Shown piece by piece: positions 7,713 to 13,084 of a stretch of 13,084 nucleotides of DNA. Each line of letters starts with the position of its first letter. Position 1 is the first letter of the stretch. Source of the stretch: Candidatus Sumerlaeia bacterium (GTDB taxonomy: Bacteria > Sumerlaeota > Sumerlaeia > SLMS01); contig JBBQYG010000115.1 in assembly GCA_038208905.1 (NCBI GenBank), forward strand, positions 1 through 13,084. The letters run 5' to 3'. Below the pieces are notes generated by a model. The model searched no databases. It was not told the DNA's origin and was given only the letters and a program-made list of their open reading frames with translations. Position numbers and translations under genes: made by a program.

Positions 7713-7931
7713 ATGCGCGACTATCACATCAATGTCTCCTACTCGGAGGAGGATGGAGGCTGTATCGCCGACATTCCCGATCTGAGGGCTTGTTCCGCCT
7801 TTGGCGCGACTCCCGGGGAGGCGCTTCGCGAGGCATTGGTGGCACGCGACTCGTGGCTGGAAACAGCGCGGGAGGCCGGGAAGCCGATCCCGCCACCGCG
7901 CTATCGTCCGGCAATCTATGAGGCCGCCTGA
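7713..7931 (+). CDS. hicB: HicB family antitoxin (short form, no obvious DNA-binding domain)
   Basis: MRDYHINVSYSEEDGGCIADIPDLRACSAFGATPGEALREALVARDSWLETAREAGKPIPPP fits the HicB pattern (EDG.Y.A..PDL.GC...G.T..EA...W......G.PIP.P). TAAGGAG ribosome-binding site at 7698-7704. Confidence 0.9.
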   Translation: MRDYHINVSYSEEDGGCIADIPDLRACSAFGATPGEALREALVARDSWLETAREAGKPIPPPRYRPAIYEAA

Positions 7932-9054
7932 CCGCTCCTCGCCGCCGCCGTCCTCTCTCCCCCCCCGCGATCGCCTCACGTTCCGCCGTGCGATGCTGGC
8001 GTGGTACGATGCCAACCGCCGCGACCTGCCGTGGCGGGGCTCCCGCGACCCCTACGCGATCTGGCTGTCGGAGGTCATGCTTCAGCAGACCACCGTCCGC
8101 ACGGTGGAGCCGCGCTGGCGGCGCTTTCTGGAGCGATGGCCCACCCTCGCCGATCTTGCGGCGGCGCCGCTGGATGACGTCCTGCACGAATGGACCGGCC
8201 TTGGCTACTATGCCCGCGCACGCAACCTGCATCGCGCGGCGGTCGCCGTGGCGGCGGACTTCGGCGGCAGAATGCCCGCGCGATACGAGCTGCTGCTGGC
8301 GCTCCCCGGCATGGGGCCCTACACTGCCGCAGCCGTCGCCTCCATCGCGTTTGGCGAGGCCGTCGCCGTGGTGGATGCGAATGTCGAGCGCGTGCTGGCG
8401 CGGCTGTTGGCCATCGAGGACGACATCAAGGCTGCCCGCGCCCGCGCGGCGCTGAGGGGCGCGGCGGGGGAACTGCTCTCCGACCTTCGCCCCGGCGATT
8501 TCAACCAGGCCATGATGGAGCTTGGCGCGACCATCTGCCTTCCCCGCGTGCCGCGATGCGGGGAGTGCCCCGTGGCCGAGCTGTGCCGCGCCCGCGCCGC
8601 CGGCATGGAGACCGCCTATCCGCGCATGGCGCCCAAGGCGCCGATGGAGGACGCCCGCGAGGCGGCCATCGTCCTGACGCGCGGAGAAAAGATACTCCTC
8701 CTCCGCCGCCCCGCCGGCGCCAGCTTTGGTGGCATGTGGGAAGTGCCGCGCGTGCGCTGCGTTCAGGGTGAGTCGAGCGAGGAGGCCGCGCTCCGCGCCG
8801 TCGCCGAGCTGACCGGCCTCGCCGCGCCCGCCGATCCGCCGCGCCTGATCCTCAGGCTGCGCCACACCGTCATGCGGTCGCGCATCGAGCTCCGCGTCTT
8901 CCAGTCCCCCGCCCCGGCGGGCCGCCCCAAGGCGACGAAGCACGAGGAACTCAAGTGGGCCACCGCCGGGGAGTGGCTGGACCTTCCCAAATCCACGACG
9001 ATGGCCGACGTGGCGAAGCTGTTGGCCGGATGGCGCCCATCTCCACCGGCCTAG
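7918..9054 (+). CDS. mutY: A/G-specific adenine DNA glycosylase MutY
   Basis: RRDLPWR, PYAIWLSEVMLQQT, WTGLGYYARARNL, helix-hairpin-helix LPGMGPYTAAAV, VVDANVERV, 4Fe-4S motif CLPRVPRCGECPVAELC and a Nudix-like C-terminus (GGMWEVP). Start uncertain: ATG 7918, overlapping hicB, or ATG 7993. Confidence 0.96.
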   Translation: MRPPDRSSPPPSSLPPRDRLTFRRAMLAWYDANRRDLPWRGSRDPYAIWLSEVMLQQTTVRTVEPRWRRFLERWPTLADLAAAPLDDVLHEWTGLGYYARARNLHRAAVAVAADFGGRMPARYELLLALPGMGPYTAAAVASIAFGEAVAVVDANVERVLARLLAIEDDIKAARARAALRGAAGELLSDLRPGDFNQAMMELGATICLPRVPRCGECPVAELCRARAAGMETAYPRMAPKAPMEDAREAAIVLTRGEKILLLRRPAGASFGGMWEVPRVRCVQGESSEEAALRAVAELTGLAAPADPPRLILRLRHTVMRSRIELRVFQSPAPAGRPKATKHEELKWATAGEWLDLPKSTTMADVAKLLAGWRPSPPA

Positions 9055-9178
9055 GAGCGACACTCGAAAATCCCGTCGCGCCACACGGTAGCATCGGCGT
9101 CTCGCCCATGCCCTGCCAGCTTACGAATTCCGCGAAGGTTTCCGGGCGCCGCTGCATGGGCGAGACGCACCATGCTCC
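9051..9178. repeat. REP-doublet/MITE-like element, copy A
   Basis: CTAG at 9051, conserved 23-mer at 9056-9078, GTAG at 9088, and a perfect 15-bp inverted repeat GCGTCTCGCCCATGC (9097-9111) / GCATGGGCGAGACGC (9154-9168). Homologous to 12946-13001. Confidence 0.75.
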
Positions 9179-9227
9179 TGTGCTCCGCGCTCGCGAGCGT
9201 GTTCTGAAATCTAAAATGCGATGACTA

Positions 9228-9264
9228 CGCCACCCGGGAATGTACTCGTCATTCCCGGGTGGCG
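9228..9264. terminator. Perfect 15-bp hairpin between convergent mutY and peptidase genes
   Basis: CGCCACCCGGGAATG (9228-9242), 7-nt loop, CATTCCCGGGTGGCG (9250-9264). It begins 4 nt after the peptidase stop. No clear U-tract on either strand. Confidence 0.6.
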
Positions 9265-9268
9265 CGGC

Positions 9269-10774
9269 TTACTTTCCCTCCATCACCCGGTACACCGGGA
9301 TGACCTTGGTTTCCTTGTCCACTGTTTCGAAGTACGCCGCGTCCTTGTACAGGCCATAGAGCAGGCACGGCTCGATGGCGAGGACGGCGCGGCGGGCGTA
9401 GGGCGGGTCGAGGCGGACGACGAGGCTGCCGACGGCGAAGGTGTGGGGCTTGGCCTCCTCGCGGGAGACGATCTGGCGGCCGGAGAACCGGTTGTAGATC
9501 GGGTCCTCGGCGGGCTCGACGGCGTCCAGCGTACACTGCTCCGCCACGATTTCCTTCTCCGCATCCAGCACCTCGAAGGGGATCCCGTGGCGCGTCAGCA
9601 GCGCGCCGTAAAGTTCCGCGTGCTGGGCCGCGATCACATAGGCGCGGGGCGCCGCGACAACGTCCTTGATGATGCGGTCCTGGTGGAAATTCCCAGTGCG
9701 GATTATCAGCTCCTTCTGGGTGGCGGTGTCGATGACGGGATACTCCACCGTGCGGACGTCCGTCGCGGTGCCCCAGAAGTAGTTGGTGGCGATGAACTCG
9801 GGAAGCGGCGCCTTGCGGGATTCCGCGATCATGCGGATGTCGCGGCGGAAGTCCTCGCTATGCGTGAGGAACCGATTGAGGAGGACGTGATAGGCCTCGA
9901 TGCGGCGGGGAAGATCGCCATTGGGATCGGCGCGCTTCACGCCGGACTCGATGATGAAGGAAAGGCCGCCGTACATCGCGAGGCCGTTGCGGGCGTCGTC
10001 GGGCTCCAGGGTGCTGTAGCGCTGCTCCTCGTGGGGGGGCGGTCCGCCAAGGTTGTAGCGGACGTAGTTGATCCCCTTCTTCTTCATGGCGGGATGGGCG
10101 CCCTCGATCCAGCGCATGCCGGCCTCATAGTTGGCGCTGCCGTAGATCGGGTTGGCCGCCGTATCCATCATGATGATGGGCCACTCGTCCCACCCCTTGT
10201 CCTTGTAGTCGCGGCTGTCGCGGGCGAACTCGTGGCAGTCCACGGAGACGTGGGGCTGAAGGCGCCGCGCGACGGCGTGAATGGTCTGGACCTCGACCTG
10301 CTCCAGCAGGCGGTGGTCGCGATTCATGTCCGCGCGGAGCGAATTCGTCCGCCGGTCGGCCACCGCGCCGTCGGGGTTGACGTTGGGCATGATCCACAGG
10401 TCCACGTTCCTGGGAAGCGACTTGGGATTCAGGGCGATGCTGCGAATCATGTAGGTGAGCGCGTCGCGGCCCGCGGCCTCGTCGCCGTGTTGGGCGCCGA
10501 TGAAAAGGACGCGCCACGGCGCGGATTCGCCGCCGCGATTGAGGTGCACCAGAAACAGGGGGCGGCCCTCTCCGCTCTTTCCCGCCTCGGTCACCGTGAT
10601 GTGATCCTTGGTGTCGGCCCAGGCCATCAACTCCACCAGCGAGTCGAAGGGAATTGGCGCCTTCAGGTCTTCGAAGTCTGCGGGAAAGCCCGGATTGACC
10701 GGCTGGGAAAAGGCGCCGTGGGAGATTGTGACGGCGAGAATCAAAGCCCCCAGAATCCTTCGGGTGATCTTCAT
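9269..10774 (-). CDS. Secreted M14-family zinc carboxypeptidase-like protein
   Basis: Signal peptide MKITRRILGALILAVTISHGAFS; GKSGEGRPL; zinc motif HGDE; PNVNPDG; DMNRD; VDCHE. GAGGAG ribosome-binding site 6 nt upstream of ATG. Confidence 0.9.
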   Translation of the reverse strand: MKITRRILGALILAVTISHGAFSQPVNPGFPADFEDLKAPIPFDSLVELMAWADTKDHITVTEAGKSGEGRPLFLVHLNRGGESAPWRVLFIGAQHGDEAAGRDALTYMIRSIALNPKSLPRNVDLWIMPNVNPDGAVADRRTNSLRADMNRDHRLLEQVEVQTIHAVARRLQPHVSVDCHEFARDSRDYKDKGWDEWPIIMMDTAANPIYGSANYEAGMRWIEGAHPAMKKKGINYVRYNLGGPPPHEEQRYSTLEPDDARNGLAMYGGLSFIIESGVKRADPNGDLPRRIEAYHVLLNRFLTHSEDFRRDIRMIAESRKAPLPEFIATNYFWGTATDVRTVEYPVIDTATQKELIIRTGNFHQDRIIKDVVAAPRAYVIAAQHAELYGALLTRHGIPFEVLDAEKEIVAEQCTLDAVEPAEDPIYNRFSGRQIVSREEAKPHTFAVGSLVVRLDPPYARRAVLAIEPCLLYGLYKDAAYFETVDKETKVIPVYRVMEGK

Positions 10775-11254
10775 GGTGCACTCCTCGATTGAATCTCAAA
10801 ACGATGGGGGAGGATAGCCCTCAGATCAATATCAGTTTTTTTTGGCGGGGGGGGTGGCGGGGAAGGGCAGGGAGAATCAGGGAACGGCGGAAAAGGCGGG
10901 GAAGGCGGATGCCCCACGCCCCCGACCGTCCAGCATCCGCCCCGTCGGTCCTACCGGTCCCGCGAGTTGACTGGTCGGCCCGGCCAGAACTTTTGCGGGG
11001 GTGTTGTTATTGTCTTGACCCGGCGGGGGGCGGTGGTCAGGTTTCGCTTACGCATTACCGCCAGCAGGCATTCGCCCTCGCGGCATTCCGCAGGATTCTC
11101 TCGCCTTATCCCCTCTACCCCGCTCCGATGACCAAGTAGTTGCAAACTTGCCATCGCGCGGACCGCGAGGGGGGCAGGATGGAGAACCCGGCAAAAGCCC
11201 CGAGGATGATGTACCGCTGGCGTCGTATCTCCCCAACATTGGAAGGATTTTGAC

Positions 11255-11470
11255 ATGGCAACGCAGACGGGCACCGTGAAGTGGTTCAACGACAGCAAGG
11301 GCTTTGGGTTTATCGCCGCCGACGACGGCGGAAACGACCTCTTTGTCCATCACACCTCGATCCAGGTTAGCGGGCATCGCACGCTTACCGAGGGTCAGCG
11401 GGTCTCCTTCGAGGTCGTTTCCGGCCCCAAGGGTCCCAAGGCGGACAAGGTTACGCCCATCGCCGGCTAA
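11255..11470 (+). CDS. Cold-shock protein (CspA family)
   Basis: [15 protein letters not shown] (RNP1), LFVHHTSI (RNP2), [29 protein letters not shown] ribosome-binding site upstream. The specific paralog cannot be named. Confidence 0.97.
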   Translation: MATQTGTVKWFNDSKGFGFIAADDGGNDLFVHHTSIQVSGHRTLTEGQRVSFEVVSGPKGPKADKVTPIAG

Positions 11471-11501
11471 GGCGCCCGCTCAACCGACAACCGACTGATC
11501 C

Positions 11502-11546
11502 CGCTGGCCGGATGGGGGTGTTTCCCCACCCGGCCAGCGTTCTATT
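11502..11546 (+). terminator. Probable intrinsic terminator after csp
   Basis: CGCTGGCCGG (11502-11511) pairs with CCGGCCAGCG (11530-11539), extended inward by TGGGG/CCCCA, and is followed by TTCTATT. Confidence 0.7.
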
Positions 11547-11590
11547 GATCGCCCCCGGCTAGGCAACGCACCCGAGGAGCATGTGGCACC

Positions 11591-12871
11591 GTGGCGGACG
11601 ACCGGCAGGATTTCCCACCGCTCCCCCCGTGGTTCCGCTCGCCCCTAGGCCAGTTCGCCGCCGCCCTCGCGGCCGTGGGCCTTTTTGCGTGCTACTGGTT
11701 CTTCCAGGTCGCTCCGCTGACTAGCGACGTCTATCGAGGCCAGCACACCGGCATCGTTGGATTCGCCTCCCACCAAGCCGACTACAAGCACCTCTACCTG
11801 GGCAGCAAGCTGCTGGGCGCGGGGCTGTCTCCCTATGACGACGCGGCGATGATCGCAACGGCCGGCGAGTACAGCCAGACCGTTGACGTGCGCTTTCGCG
11901 GCATCCTTCCCTACGTCTATCTGCCCTTCACCGGGCTCGTGATGACCCCCCTCACGGCGTTGCCGTTTGCGTGGAGCGCCGTCGCCTTCCAGTTCGTCAA
12001 CCACCTGGCAATCCTTGGCGGGCTGCTGATCGCCGGGGCCGCGTGCCGGTGGAGGCACGACTTCTGGTCCGTGGCGATCCTGGTCGCGATGGCGGCGTTC
12101 AACGGCACGGTCTGGCGCCAGAACGACGCCGGCCAGCTCAACGCGATCCTCTTCCTTGGCATGGCGGTGCTGTATCTGGCGCTGGTGCGCGGGTGGCACG
12201 ATTCGCTGATCGGCTTCGTGGCGGCGTTTCTGGCGATGTTCAAGCTGACGCCGGGGATCTTTCTGATCTGGTTCCTGCTGCGCGGGGAATACCGCCGCGC
12301 CGCGTGGATGGCGGGGATGATGGCCGGCATGGTGGCGATCGGCGTTGGGACCTTCGGGCTCGACCGGCACTTGGAGTTCCTCCCCGTGCTCCGCGACATG
12401 GGCTATGGCCGCTCCACGTGGGCGGAGCACGGCCAGACGTTTTTCCGCGACACCTTCAATCAGTCGTTCAACGCGCTCTTCCACCGGCAGCTCGGCGGCA
12501 GCCCCACGCTTGCCAACGGGCTCACGTGGGTCGCCTCGCTTTCGATCCTCGGGCTCTTTGCATGGCACGGCATCCGGCGCCGCGGCGCGCCGCTGGGCGC
12601 GTCGTTCTCCGCGGCGGTGGCGGTGTCGCTGCTGGTGCCCAGCATCCTGTGGGACCACTACCTCGTGCAGTTGCTGCTGCCGATCGTCATCCTCGCGACC
12701 ACCGCCCGCGGCTGGCGCCTGTGGAGCCTCGTCGCCTGCGCCGCGCTGGTCTCGGTATGGATTCCCTTCGACGACATGGCGCCGAACTCCGTCCTGCAGA
12801 ACGCGAAGCTGCTTCCGGTGCTATGGGTGTTTGGCATGGCGGTGTGGTCGGGTGCGCCGAGGGAGGAATGA
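11591..12871 (+). CDS. GT87-like (DUF2029) polytopic membrane glycosyltransferase, GT-C fold
   Basis: Many transmembrane segments plus the motifs DYKHLY, PYVYLP, GQLN, FKLTPG, NQSF and WDHYL typical of GT87/DUF2029. GAGGAG upstream of the GTG start. Confidence 0.85.
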   Translation: MADDRQDFPPLPPWFRSPLGQFAAALAAVGLFACYWFFQVAPLTSDVYRGQHTGIVGFASHQADYKHLYLGSKLLGAGLSPYDDAAMIATAGEYSQTVDVRFRGILPYVYLPFTGLVMTPLTALPFAWSAVAFQFVNHLAILGGLLIAGAACRWRHDFWSVAILVAMAAFNGTVWRQNDAGQLNAILFLGMAVLYLALVRGWHDSLIGFVAAFLAMFKLTPGIFLIWFLLRGEYRRAAWMAGMMAGMVAIGVGTFGLDRHLEFLPVLRDMGYGRSTWAEHGQTFFRDTFNQSFNALFHRQLGGSPTLANGLTWVASLSILGLFAWHGIRRRGAPLGASFSAAVAVSLLVPSILWDHYLVQLLLPIVILATTARGWRLWSLVACAALVSVWIPFDDMAPNSVLQNAKLLPVLWVFGMAVWSGAPREE

Positions 12872-12890
12872 TCGACCACGCAGGCAGAGC

Positions 12891-12917
12891 GGAATGCCAT
12901 TCCCCAGGCATTCTTTT
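12891..12917 (+). terminator. Probable intrinsic terminator after the GT87-like gene
   Basis: GAATGCC (12892-12898), 8-nt loop, GGCATTC (12907-12913), then TTTT; about 20 nt after the stop. Confidence 0.6.
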
Positions 12918-12945
12918 CGTCGCACGATCTCTCCGCGATCAGCAT

Positions 12946-13084
12946 CTAGAGTGACTCTCGAAAGTCCTGTCGTATTCCAACGTAGCTTGGGCGTCTCGCC
13001 CGAGCCCCGTCGCCCCCACACGCGGGCAAGATGCCCACGATACTCTTTTACGGCGTCCTCCATCGCGACAAGACTTTCGAGAAC
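12946..13084. repeat. REP-doublet/MITE-like element, copy B (right end probably beyond the window)
   Basis: CTAG at 12946. Outer inverted repeat TCTCGAAAGTCCTGTCG (12956-12972) / CGACAAGACTTTCGAGA (13066-13082), 16/17 match. Inner doublet GTAGCTTGGGCGTCTCGCCCGAG (12982-13004) / CGCGGGCAAGATGCCCACGATAC (13021-13043), 18/23 match. Confidence 0.78.

Noticed and set aside
7729..9084. 451-aa minus-strand ORF and other Arg/Gly/Pro-rich overlapping ORFs (e.g. 1586..2791, 11645..12658, 11971..12954)
   Set aside because: Off-frame or antisense to well-supported genes, with composition typical of GC-rich non-coding frames.
9221..10792. 523-aa plus-strand ORF
   Set aside because: Antisense shadow of the M14 peptidase.
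11140..11225. c-di-GMP-I riboswitch-like words (GCAAAC ... GCAAAAGCC)
   Set aside because: Spacing, GNRA-capped stem and receptor stem do not fit the consensus by eye; needs an Infernal scan.
1..13084. CRISPR array, tRNA, rRNA, transposase or integrase
   Set aside because: No regularly spaced repeats, RNA gene signatures or recombinase motifs seen.

Overview
GC-rich bacterial chromosomal window with housekeeping genes: a partial CoA-binding (YccU-like) gene, mfd, a predicted lipoprotein with a C-terminal membrane anchor, mutY, a secreted M14 zinc carboxypeptidase, a cold-shock protein and a GT87-like membrane glycosyltransferase. Three toxin-antitoxin-derived loci lie between them, and in each the toxin is absent or broken while the antitoxin-like gene stays open: (i) two tandem 87-aa Phd/YefM-like genes with no toxin; (ii) a HEPN-like gene interrupted by one in-frame TAG, coupled to an unrecognised ~103-aa partner; (iii) hicB preceded by a ~23-codon hicA-like remnant. 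Two related non-coding elements (from 9051 and from 12946) each start with CTAG plus a conserved 23-nt segment and contain an inverted doublet of GTAG-type REP-like palindromes. A hypothetical gene at 5576-6009 appears frameshifted at a G6 run. All family assignments come from reading motifs by eye; no searches were run.
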